A DNA stretch of 32,000 nucleotides, taken from positions 2,820,001 through 2,852,000 of the forward strand of contig NC_020409.1 in NCBI RefSeq assembly GCF_000341895.1, written 5' to 3'. Below, in pieces: positions 1 through 7,936 of this stretch. The position numbers were made by a program, and so were the translations under genes. Every line of letters starts with the position of its first letter. Within the stretch, counting starts at the first letter, position 1. This DNA comes from Pseudodesulfovibrio piezophilus C1TLV30. GTDB taxonomy: Bacteria > Desulfobacterota > Desulfovibrionia > Desulfovibrionales > Desulfovibrionaceae. The notes under the pieces were generated by a model. It was not told the DNA's origin and made no database searches. It worked only from the letters and a program-made list of their open reading frames with translations.

Positions 1-1
1 G

Positions 2-424
2 TTGGCGGTGTCAGGGCGACCTATTTATGCGGAATGTGGCGGCTTTATGGTTCTATGTGATTTCCTGGAGTATGGCGGACACACCTTCCCTATGACAGGG
101 GTCTTTCCTGTGGGGACCACATTTTGCGAGCGGCCACAAGGTTTGGGGTATACAGAAGCCGTTTCAATCAGGGAAACTCCTTTCTATTCTGAAGGAGCGG
201 TGGTCCGAGGACATGAATTTCATTATTCCGTCTGCCTCGATCATGCATCTAAAGAGCTTGATTTTACAATGAAAATGCTCCGAGGCAAGGGGATTTTAGA
301 AAGCCAAGACGGACTCCTTTATCAAAAGACGCTTGCGGGGTATAATCATACCCATGCTCTGGCCGTTCCTGATTGGGCACCTCGTTTTGTTGCAGCGGCC
401 CAAAGCGGAAAGGAGCTTTCTTGA
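2..424 (+). CDS. cbiA: cobyrinate a,c-diamide synthase (CbiA/CobB family), C-terminal glutamine amidotransferase domain; the 5' end lies outside the window
   Basis: The ORF is open from the window edge. The translation has the CobB/CbiA amidotransferase signature IYAECGGFMVL (nucleophile Cys) and GHEFHYS. Stop at 422-424. Confidence 0.8.
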   Translation: MAVSGRPIYAECGGFMVLCDFLEYGGHTFPMTGVFPVGTTFCERPQGLGYTEAVSIRETPFYSEGAVVRGHEFHYSVCLDHASKELDFTMKMLRGKGILESQDGLLYQKTLAGYNHTHALAVPDWAPRFVAAAQSGKELS

Positions 425-438
425 AAGACCTGTCATGA

Positions 439-2754
439 ATGAAAAGTGAGAATATGGAATATTTCAAAAAACTATACGAAAAACGAGGTGGACAGGGCGC
501 TCCGGCTCCTTCTTTTACCACAGATTGGCCGTGGCTGATCCTTTATGGAGCGTGCGTCTATTTGGTCGTTTTCTTTTTCAGATTCGGGTTTGCCGACCGG
601 TGGGATGCCTCTGAATTATGGGTCAATGGGGAACGGATTCTTGCTACCCATGATGCCTATTTCTGGTTGGCAAAAGCCAAGGGCATAGGGAGTCTTGCCG
701 GGTATCCGCTTGCTCAGGCCGCCCACTTCATACACTCTGTCACTGGTGTGGGACTGGGAACGCTCGGCTTTTGGGCCCCCGCTTTCATGGGAGCTTGTGT
801 CGGAGTTATCTGTTTCCTGTGGGGCTGGCTTATCAGCGGCAAACAGGGCGGTATCATTGCGGGTGTCATTGGGAGTCTCACTCCTGGCTTCTTCTATAGA
901 AGCCGTTTGGGATACTTTGATACGGATATGTTCACGCTGCTTATGCCCATGTTCGTTGCATGGCTTTTGGCCGTATGGTCCTTGAATCATACTCGGTTTT
1001 CCTGGGACTGGGAAGGAGGCGCAGAAGAGAACTCTCGACAAAGCCGCATGAAGTTCGGGTTGTGGCAGGCTTTCTCCTTTGGTGTTCTCACCCGATTCTG
1101 TCTTGTCTGGCATATTGATATCGCAAATGTCTGTGTTTTATATTTCCTTTTCACCACCGTCTATGTGTTAGTTCGTGGAGAAAAAGGGCAGAGGACACAC
1201 GCTATTCATGAGTTGGGCATCTTTATGCTGGCTGCTTTTCCGGGAGCGGCGTACGGGCAGCTCTGGCTTTTCCCTTCATTGTATGCGCCGTTTACCCATC
1301 TTTTCCAGGTGACGCCGTTTATTTATTCAACAATTATGGGAATTGGCTTCGCTCTTCTTTATCTGATTGCTGTGAACATTGGTCGTTCCAGAAACTCGTC
1401 CTGGGTCAAAAATCCGATACTCTGTGGTGCCATTTTTTTGGTGTTGATCTATTTGGTGAATCTTATTGTTGCACCCTTCCCAGCCATTTTTGAAAAACTT
1501 GCAGGATACCTGACTCCCACAGCCCCGCATGGGGAGGCAAGTGGGACGGAAGCCCTTGGTCCGATTTATCCGTCCATTGTCCAGAGCATCATAGAGGCAA
1601 AAAGAGTTGCGCTTTCAATTATTCTTGAGAGAGGGTTGTTTGAAGCATGGCTTGGAGGGCTTGCGTTATTGATGACTGTGGGCGTTGTCATTGTCCGTCC
1701 TGTTGCAGTCTTTTTATTGCCGTTGATCGTGTTACATCTTGCCAGTGTCAAGCTGGGGGTCCGGTTCTCCATGTTTGGCGGTGCTGCGTTGAGTGTTTGC
1801 TTTGGCGTTGGGGTTTACTGGATTTCTAAGAAGGCTTTTTCCGGTTTGCCTCTCAAAAAATGGTTCATCCTTGGTTCCCAATGCCTGGTTGCCGCGCTTT
1901 TTCTCTGGTTTATTCATGGGCGGTATTCAAAGATTCCGCTCACCCCTGTTATCCCTGCTCTTCATGCGGAAGCGCTGGTTGAGTTGGCGGCGCATTCCTC
2001 GCCGGATTCCGTGGTCTGGACCTGGTGGGACTGGGGCTATGCCACACAATACTATGCAGGGCGCAATACTGTTGCAGATGGTGGTAAACACGCCGGGCGG
2101 GATGTTTATCCACTGGCGTTTGCCTTGACGACAGACTCCCCGAAAAAAGCCAATGGCATGATAGCTTTCAGTTCCCAATATCCTGGCGAGGGCCGTGATT
2201 GGGTCGGGCTGTATCCTGCCCGTCAGTGGGATTCCATTCCCCGGTCAAAGTTGTCGGAAACTCTTGATGAGCAGATATCCAAGGAAACGTATCCGGCGCG
2301 GCCGGGCCAATTTCTGGTTGTGACCTGGAAAGACATCAGAATAGCGCAATGGATTACCTATTTCGGGAATTGGAATCTTCAAACAGGGACAACGAAGCAG
2401 GCCGCCATCGGCAGTTATGATCCGGGAAAGCTTGGGGTCAATGTGCAACGCGGAGCCATCATGACCCGAAACGGGAATGGTGGTTTGGTTCGGGATATCG
2501 CTGTTCTTGGGTCTGGTGCTGTTGAGAGAAAGGAATACTTCATGAATAGCATGTCGCCAAGACTGCTTCCTGTCAAAAGGCATCTCCTTGTCAATAGTGT
2601 CTCCAAACAGTGCGTCCTCATGGATAGGCTTGCTTACAGAAGCATGTTGACCCGCCTGTTGATCGGTGATCCTGACGACCCGGAGATTAGCAAATATTTC
2701 AAATTAGTCGTGGATAAATTGCCCTTTGCAAGAATCTACGAAGTCATACAATAA
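439..2754 (+). CDS. pglB: STT3/PglB-type oligosaccharyltransferase (N-linked protein glycosylation)
   Basis: 771-aa ORF. The N-terminal ~480 aa contain many hydrophobic spans and are followed by a soluble C-terminal domain. WWDWG (nt 2023-2037, aa 529-533) corresponds to the WWDYG motif. THDAYFW (D72, nt 652-654) and YFDTDMF (D161/D163, nt 919-927) match the acidic EL1 and DxD catalytic loops of PglB/STT3/AglB. The start is uncertain (ATG 439 or ATG 454) and neither has a strong SD. Confidence 0.85.
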   Translation: MKSENMEYFKKLYEKRGGQGAPAPSFTTDWPWLILYGACVYLVVFFFRFGFADRWDASELWVNGERILATHDAYFWLAKAKGIGSLAGYPLAQAAHFIHSVTGVGLGTLGFWAPAFMGACVGVICFLWGWLISGKQGGIIAGVIGSLTPGFFYRSRLGYFDTDMFTLLMPMFVAWLLAVWSLNHTRFSWDWEGGAEENSRQSRMKFGLWQAFSFGVLTRFCLVWHIDIANVCVLYFLFTTVYVLVRGEKGQRTHAIHELGIFMLAAFPGAAYGQLWLFPSLYAPFTHLFQVTPFIYSTIMGIGFALLYLIAVNIGRSRNSSWVKNPILCGAIFLVLIYLVNLIVAPFPAIFEKLAGYLTPTAPHGEASGTEALGPIYPSIVQSIIEAKRVALSIILERGLFEAWLGGLALLMTVGVVIVRPVAVFLLPLIVLHLASVKLGVRFSMFGGAALSVCFGVGVYWISKKAFSGLPLKKWFILGSQCLVAALFLWFIHGRYSKIPLTPVIPALHAEALVELAAHSSPDSVVWTWWDWGYATQYYAGRNTVADGGKHAGRDVYPLAFALTTDSPKKANGMIAFSSQYPGEGRDWVGLYPARQWDSIPRSKLSETLDEQISKETYPARPGQFLVVTWKDIRIAQWITYFGNWNLQTGTTKQAAIGSYDPGKLGVNVQRGAIMTRNGNGGLVRDIAVLGSGAVERKEYFMNSMSPRLLPVKRHLLVNSVSKQCVLMDRLAYRSMLTRLLIGDPDDPEISKYFKLVVDKLPFARIYEVIQ

Positions 2755-2768
2755 CAAAGAGAGTACAT

Positions 2769-3899
2769 ATGACCATTCCGTTTATCGATTTGAAAGCACA
2801 GTACAAGCTCGTCGATGAAGCCGTCAAAAAAGGAATCGACGGCGTGCTTGAGCATGGTGCCTATGTCATGGGACCGGAGATAGGTGCCCTGGAAAGTCAT
2901 CTTGCATCGTTTTCCGATGTCAAACATGGCGTTGGCTGCGGCTCTGGTACAGATGCCTTGATTATGGCTCTGATGGCCTTGGGAATTGGACCTGGGGATG
3001 CTGTTTTCACCACTCCTTTCACTTTCATGGCGACTGCCGAGGCAATCGCTCTTCTGGGAGCAACACCTGTTTTTGTCGATATTGATCCCATTACTTTCAA
3101 TATCGATCCCGATGATCTGAGAAAAAAAATTGGTGAGATCAAGGACAAACGCAAGGATCTCAAGCCCAAAGGAGTTATCTCCGTAGACCTTTTCGGTCAG
3201 CCTGCTGATTATGATCGAATCGAGCCTCTGGCCCATAATAACGGACTTTTTCTCATTGTTGATGCGGCCCAGTCCTTTGGAGCAACGTATCAGGGCAAAC
3301 CCGTGTGCTCCTTTGGTGATGTCGCATGCACTTCCTTCTTCCCGGCCAAGCCCCTCGGTTGTTATGGCGATGGAGGGATGGTCTTTGCCCAGAATGACGA
3401 ATTGCATAAGCTGCTCGTTTCTGTTCGTGTCCATGGCATGGGTGAGGATAAGTACGAGAACGTCAGGCTTGGTATCAACGGCCGTCTTGACTCCATGCAG
3501 GCTGCAGTGCTTCTTGCCAAGTTCGAGATATTCCCGGATGAGGTCATCAAACGGCAGCAGGTTGCAGCGCGTTACGGGGCATTGTTGAACGATGTGGACG
3601 GCCTGACAACACCCAGCGTTCCAGAAGGGAATACCTCTGTCTGGGCGCAGTATTCCGTGCTGGCGACTGACAGCGACCACCGAGAAGAGCTCATGGGAAA
3701 ACTCAAGGAAAACAATATCCCGTGCGTTATTTATTATCCCAAGGCATTGCACCTTCAGAAGGCATTTGCCAATCTTGGACATGTCATGGGAGATTTCCCG
3801 GTATGCGAGAATATATCCTCGCGCATCTTCAGTTTGCCGATGTATCCTTACCTCAAAGCCGAGGATCAGGAGACCATTGCTTCGGTTCTCAAAGGATAA
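2769..3899 (+). CDS. DegT/DnrJ/EryC1/StrS family PLP-dependent sugar aminotransferase (PglE-like)
   Basis: 376-aa ORF starting 14 nt after the pglB stop. The N-terminus (IPFIDLKAQY...HGAYVMGPEI..LE) and GSGTDAL, VDAAQSFG and FSFFPAKPLG (PLP-lysine region) are typical of the family. Confidence 0.9.
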   Translation: MTIPFIDLKAQYKLVDEAVKKGIDGVLEHGAYVMGPEIGALESHLASFSDVKHGVGCGSGTDALIMALMALGIGPGDAVFTTPFTFMATAEAIALLGATPVFVDIDPITFNIDPDDLRKKIGEIKDKRKDLKPKGVISVDLFGQPADYDRIEPLAHNNGLFLIVDAAQSFGATYQGKPVCSFGDVACTSFFPAKPLGCYGDGGMVFAQNDELHKLLVSVRVHGMGEDKYENVRLGINGRLDSMQAAVLLAKFEIFPDEVIKRQQVAARYGALLNDVDGLTTPSVPEGNTSVWAQYSVLATDSDHREELMGKLKENNIPCVIYYPKALHLQKAFANLGHVMGDFPVCENISSRIFSLPMYPYLKAEDQETIASVLKG

Positions 3900-4226
3900 A
3901 TGATGGCAGCAGGGCGTCGTGCGGTTATGCTTCGGGTTTTGAAGCCCATTATGGCGGGATTGGCTCTTGCGTATCTGGTGACAGGGTTTATTGACAAGCC
4001 CACACCTGTCCACTTTCAGCCTGAGAACCCATATGCTTCAAAACAGGAAGAAATCGCAGAGCCGCTTGCAGATACCGTGATTGACAAGAACATCATGAAG
4101 CTGGGGTCACCATTGTCCGTACCGGCTCAGAGAGTGCCGTCGGAAAATCCTCTGGCTCCGTTGGAGATCATGGACGGGGAGATCGGGGCATCGGTTGACA
4201 CGCAGAGCCGCTTGCAGATACCGTGA
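3900..4226 (+). CDS. small N-terminally membrane-anchored hypothetical protein, prematurely terminated by a frameshifting tandem duplication
   Basis: The ATG abuts the DegT stop (TAAATG). A hydrophobic anchor (VLKPIMAGLALAYLVTGF) is present. The reading frame runs through repeat copy A and hits TGA 24 nt into copy B because the repeat period (146) is not a multiple of 3. Confidence 0.55.
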   Translation: MMAAGRRAVMLRVLKPIMAGLALAYLVTGFIDKPTPVHFQPENPYASKQEEIAEPLADTVIDKNIMKLGSPLSVPAQRVPSENPLAPLEIMDGEIGASVDTQSRLQIP

Positions 4227-4346
4227 TTGACAAGAACATCATGAAGCTGGGGTCACCATTGTCCGTACCGGCTCAGAGAGTGCCGTCGGAAAATCCTCTG
4301 GCTCCGTTGGAGATCATGGACGGGGAGATCGGGGCATCAATTGACC
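4055..4346. repeat. 146-bp direct tandem duplication (2 copies: 4055-4200 and 4201-4346)
   Basis: Base-by-base comparison shows the first 138 nt are identical, followed by GG vs AA, 5 identical nt, then A vs C at the last position. Confidence 0.95.
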
Positions 4347-4414
4347 GTATCGTCTCTGATAATGCGACTCCCAGCGTCAGAATTGAGATCAGGGAAAATC
4401 AGCAATCACCATAA
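4223..4414 (+). pseudogene. 3' remnant of the same small gene, displaced into another frame by the duplication
   Basis: It translates to IDKNIMKLGSPLSVPAQRVPSENPLAPLEIMDGEIGAS, identical to residues in ORF 3900-4226, then continues IDRIVSDNATPSVRIEIRENQQSP. Only a GTG start is available and there is no RBS. Deleting one 146-bp copy fuses both pieces into a single 122-aa ORF. Confidence 0.5.
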
Positions 4415-6420
4415 CGGACTCTCTGTTCCAGAAAGTCTTCCAAACCACGAATCGCCTCATGGTCTTCAAAGAGCCTGAGGCGATTTTTTTGTATCTGCCC
4501 ACGCAGACGTGCCCTGAACGCTGCATCCGTGCCGCATCGAACAGCAAGGTCTACATAGGCTTCAAAAGAGTCTGCCTTGGCCTCGGGTATATCAAGCATG
4601 GACAGGACTCCGGCAGTATGACGTCCTCGCATCAATCCCTGTGGCCAGGTGATGATGGGAAGCCCACAATTGGCAGCTTCCATTGCCGTATTGAACCCGG
4701 ACCACTCGATGGAATCAAGAAAGACGTTACAGAGACAATTGAGTGCATGATATGCCTTGGGCGCTTGATGAGGTAACATGACGAGAGAGTGGGTTGCATC
4801 AAGACCGAATTCCGCAAAGGTTCTGGTCATTCGTTCCAGGAAACGTCTGTTAAGCACATCGGCCTGGGCATCTTGGAGAAATACGAATCGGCAGTCGGGG
4901 ACGCGTTCAGCAATGAGGGGATAGAGCCGGTCGTATTGCGGAAGATATTTATACAGGGATTGGGGGCAGAAGTAGAGAAGAGCGTCGTCCGGGAGGCCGA
5001 ATGAGGCTCTCTTAAACTCAGGTGGGCCATGGCGAAGTGGAGTGTAATGGATGCCAATATGAGGCAATTGTACCAGTTCTTCGGTGTAATTCGATTTCCC
5101 ATCGGCTGGTTCCATCAGTTCGTTGCTGAGGAAAACATCCATGGTCGGTAATCCAGTGGTCATGGGGTGTCCAAGGGAGACGCATTGGACCGGTGCAAGG
5201 CGAAGTCCTGCGAGCTTCGCACATGTCGGGTCCATTCCGATATCCGGGTAGATGAGTACATCAAGCTGGTCTTCCACGATACTTTGGCAAAGTTTTTCGA
5301 AGTTGCCGGACTCATGAGTCAATCCTTGCAACAGGGCTTTGGCTTCCTCTGTGCATCGATCGTTTTTAATTCCGGTGTAGTAGCCGAAAACATCAAATTT
5401 GCGCCGATCAAGATGGTGGACCCAGCCACGGGTTGGGATTTTCCAGACGGAGTGTTCACACATGAATCCGGTGGCGATGCCGACTCGTATTTTCCCGCTT
5501 ATTTTTCTTGTTTCGGCACGCTGTGTATAATGAGGAAAAGCTGTCGCCATGATGCGGCTGACAAGCGCACCGTATTGTCTTTGAAGATCCCGGTCATTCT
5601 TGCCTTGATAGGTCAAATAGAAAGGCTGGTTTGCACCGACCATGGCTGCGGCTTCGCGGATTTGTTCAGGGGAATCGAGGGTCAAGCGTTTATCAAGTTC
5701 TGTGAGCGCCTGAGCATAGGCGTTGCGTGAGCGTCGAACCGCATCTTCACTGTTATAGAACATGTCAAGATGGGCAAAACAGCCTCCCCAAAGTGGTGCG
5801 ATGGCTGCAGGGGCGAGTGCGTGAGCTGAGGAAAAATAATGATGAGCGAGTTGCATGTCTCCGCGTGCCTGCCAAGCATTGCCGAGATTGTACAGAGTAT
5901 CCAGTGAAGAGGGATCAAGCTCAAGGGCTTTTTCGAGCGTGGCTATTGCCTCTTTCGGTCTTTTGGCGGCCTTGAGAGTGACACCAAGGTTATTGAGCGT
6001 TTCCGGGGTAGGCGGAGCAGCTTCCAAGGCTTTTTGAAACCAGTCGAGAGCGAGGGGCTGGTTTCCTGTGGCCAGGAAGACACTGCCAAGGCCATCCATG
6101 GCAGTTGCTGATGTTGGTTCGATCTTGAGAGCGTGCTTGTGCCACCGCAACGCTTCGAGATAATTCCCTTGGGCCAGACAGACGTTTCCCAGTCCATTCC
6201 ACGCTTCAGTCTCCTCGGGCATGAGTCGGGTTGCGAGTCGGTACGCGGTCAAGGCTTCAGGCAGGTGGTGCATTTGGAAAAGAGCCATGCCGAGGTAGAG
6301 TGCAGCCTCTGCGTATGGAGGGTCATTTTCCAGAGCCTGACGGTATAACGCGATCGCTATTTCCAGTTCACCTGATTGGTGATGACGTGCAGCAAGAGTG
6401 AATAACTTCATGGCATTCAT
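4399..6420 (-). CDS. TPR-repeat protein fused to a GT41 (O-GlcNAc transferase / SPINDLY-like) glycosyltransferase domain
   Basis: 673-aa ORF. The N-terminal ~200 aa are TPR repeats (AEAALYLGMAL.., WNGLGNV.., LNNLGVTL.., LYNLGNAW). The C-terminal part has the bacterial OGT-like pattern (APVQCVSLGHPMTTGLPTMDVFLSNELMEP...YTEELVQLP, and a later CLCNVFLDS..WSGFNTAMEAANCGLPIIT). Its 3' end overlaps the convergent small ORF by 16 nt. Confidence 0.8.
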   Translation of the reverse strand: MNAMKLFTLAARHHQSGELEIAIALYRQALENDPPYAEAALYLGMALFQMHHLPEALTAYRLATRLMPEETEAWNGLGNVCLAQGNYLEALRWHKHALKIEPTSATAMDGLGSVFLATGNQPLALDWFQKALEAAPPTPETLNNLGVTLKAAKRPKEAIATLEKALELDPSSLDTLYNLGNAWQARGDMQLAHHYFSSAHALAPAAIAPLWGGCFAHLDMFYNSEDAVRRSRNAYAQALTELDKRLTLDSPEQIREAAAMVGANQPFYLTYQGKNDRDLQRQYGALVSRIMATAFPHYTQRAETRKISGKIRVGIATGFMCEHSVWKIPTRGWVHHLDRRKFDVFGYYTGIKNDRCTEEAKALLQGLTHESGNFEKLCQSIVEDQLDVLIYPDIGMDPTCAKLAGLRLAPVQCVSLGHPMTTGLPTMDVFLSNELMEPADGKSNYTEELVQLPHIGIHYTPLRHGPPEFKRASFGLPDDALLYFCPQSLYKYLPQYDRLYPLIAERVPDCRFVFLQDAQADVLNRRFLERMTRTFAEFGLDATHSLVMLPHQAPKAYHALNCLCNVFLDSIEWSGFNTAMEAANCGLPIITWPQGLMRGRHTAGVLSMLDIPEAKADSFEAYVDLAVRCGTDAAFRARLRGQIQKNRLRLFEDHEAIRGLEDFLEQRVRYGDC

Positions 6421-6548
6421 GATAAAGAGCTTAGCCTAAGAGTCGGGCAAAGGTAAACTGATGCATTTGCAACCCGAGCACGGCTCTGGTACATGGAGAA
6501 ACCAAATTGATATAAAGCCGGGCATGGTCTGGCTCAAAGGAGTTATTC

Positions 6549-7046
6549 ATGATTAAAATGGAAACCAGCATGGGAGAGTTCGTCATTGAACTCGATTTCG
6601 AGAAAGCACCCAAGAGTGCCGCAAACTTTCAACAGTACGTTGAAGAAGGCTTTTACGATGGGTTGATCTTTCACCGCGTCATCAATGGCTTTATGGTCCA
6701 GGGCGGTGGAATGGATGAGAACATGAATGAAAAGCAGAGCCGTGAACCCATTGAGAACGAAGCCAACAATGGATTGAAGAATGAATGCTACACCTTGGCC
6801 ATGGCTCGGACCATGGACCCGCATTCCGCTTCCTCCCAGTTCTTTATTAACGTCAAGGATAATGGATTCCTGAATTTTTCCAGTGAAACTTCACAGGGAT
6901 GGGGCTATGCCGTTTTCGGCAAGGTCGTCAAGGGCACGGAGGTTGTTGATGAGATCAAGGGTGTGCCCACTGGTCGGAACGGCTTTCATGATGATGTTCC
7001 GGTCGAGCCTGTTTTTATTACCAAAGCGACAGTGGTCGAAGAATAG
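6549..7046 (+). CDS. ppiB: cyclophilin-type peptidyl-prolyl cis-trans isomerase (cytoplasmic, no signal peptide)
   Basis: 165 aa with FHRVINGFMVQGGG and SQFFIN motifs. GGAG lies 7-10 nt upstream of the ATG. Confidence 0.92.
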   Translation: MIKMETSMGEFVIELDFEKAPKSAANFQQYVEEGFYDGLIFHRVINGFMVQGGGMDENMNEKQSREPIENEANNGLKNECYTLAMARTMDPHSASSQFFINVKDNGFLNFSSETSQGWGYAVFGKVVKGTEVVDEIKGVPTGRNGFHDDVPVEPVFITKATVVEE

Positions 7047-7065
7047 ATTCACTCGAAATGTCTTG

Positions 7066-7100
7066 AAAAGACCCGGCACATCACTGTGCCGGGTCTTTCT
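7066..7100. terminator. rho-independent terminator after ppiB (A-run/T-run on both sides, possibly bidirectional)
   Basis: aaaa-GACCCGGCACA-tcac-TGTGCCGGGTC-tttct. Perfect 11-bp stem. Confidence 0.85.
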
Positions 7101-7140
7101 TATGCAAAGCTTCCATCTGAGTCTTGGCTGATATAAGGCA

Positions 7141-7176
7141 AAAGAAAAGGGCTGCCCTGTCTGGAACAGCCCCTTG
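7141..7176 (-). terminator. rho-independent terminator after livF
   Basis: On the minus strand: GGGGCTG..(loop)..CAGCCC followed by TTTTCTTTT, about 20 nt past the livF stop. Confidence 0.65.
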
Positions 7177-7198
7177 TGAGAGTTTCGTTTGTGGATAC

Positions 7199-7936
7199 CT
7201 AGCCGCCCAGATAGGCTTTCTTGACTTCCGGATCTTCCATGAGTTTGTCAGAGGGTCCTTCTGCCACGATTTCTCCAGTATCTATGACGTAGCCACGGTG
7301 GGCAAACTTCAGAGCAAGGTTGGCGTTCTGCTCAATGAGCAGAATTGTCATGCCTTCCTCATTCAGTTCTTTGAGGGCGCGAAACATATCGTACATGAGC
7401 AGGGGAGCAAGTCCCATGGAAGGCTCATCGAGCATGATGATCTTGCAGCCGGACATCAGTGCGCGCCCAAGAGCGAGCATCTGTTGTTCGCCACCGGACA
7501 AGGACTCGGCGCGCTGTTTTTTCCGTTCATCCAACCGGGGAAAGAGCGTGTAGACTCGTTTGTAATCCCGATTAATCTCATCCATACCCTCTTTTCGGGC
7601 ATAGGTCGCGATTTTGAGGTTCTCCTCAACGGTCAGGTTGCCGAAAATATGGCGCCCTTCCGGGACCAGCGCCATATGCAGATTGGCCACGATTTTATCC
7701 GGAGCCATGCCAAGAATAGATTGTCCCTTGAAGAGAATGTCACCCTTGATGACCTTGGGAGCTTCGGGCGGAGGAAGTTGGGCAATGGACATCAGGGTTG
7801 TGGATTTGCCTGCTCCATTGGCTCCTATGAGCGTGACGATTTCACCTTCGCCCACTGTGAAGTTGATCCCGTGCAGGGCTTCGATATTGCCGTACTTGAC
7901 GTACAAATCCTTGATTTCAATAAGTGGAGTACTCAT
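7199..7936 (-). CDS. livF: branched-chain amino acid ABC transporter ATP-binding protein LivF
   Basis: Walker A GANGAGKST, signature LSGGEQQML, Walker B IIMLDEPS. The start was reset to MSTPLIEIKDLYV; its ATG overlaps the livG stop (ATGA). The 37 codons upstream in the ORF track are Arg/His-rich and look like noise. Confidence 0.9.
   Translation of the reverse strand: MSTPLIEIKDLYVKYGNIEALHGINFTVGEGEIVTLIGANGAGKSTTLMSIAQLPPPEAPKVIKGDILFKGQSILGMAPDKIVANLHMALVPEGRHIFGNLTVEENLKIATYARKEGMDEINRDYKRVYTLFPRLDERKKQRAESLSGGEQQMLALGRALMSGCKIIMLDEPSMGLAPLLMYDMFRALKELNEEGMTILLIEQNANLALKFAHRGYVIDTGEIVAEGPSDKLMEDPEVKKAYLGG

Noticed and set aside
2736-4013. 425-aa minus-strand ORF covering the DegT gene
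   Set aside because: It is exactly antisense to a gene with unmistakable DegT motifs. Its translation is Cys/His/Arg-rich with no recognisable domain, so it is a shadow ORF.
4197-4226. Programmed -1 ribosomal frameshift joining the two halves of the duplicated gene
   Set aside because: The only window where a -1 shift could rescue the frame is 4199-4224 (acgcagagccgcttgcagataccgtga). It contains no X-XXY-YYZ slippery heptamer and no obvious downstream stimulatory structure.
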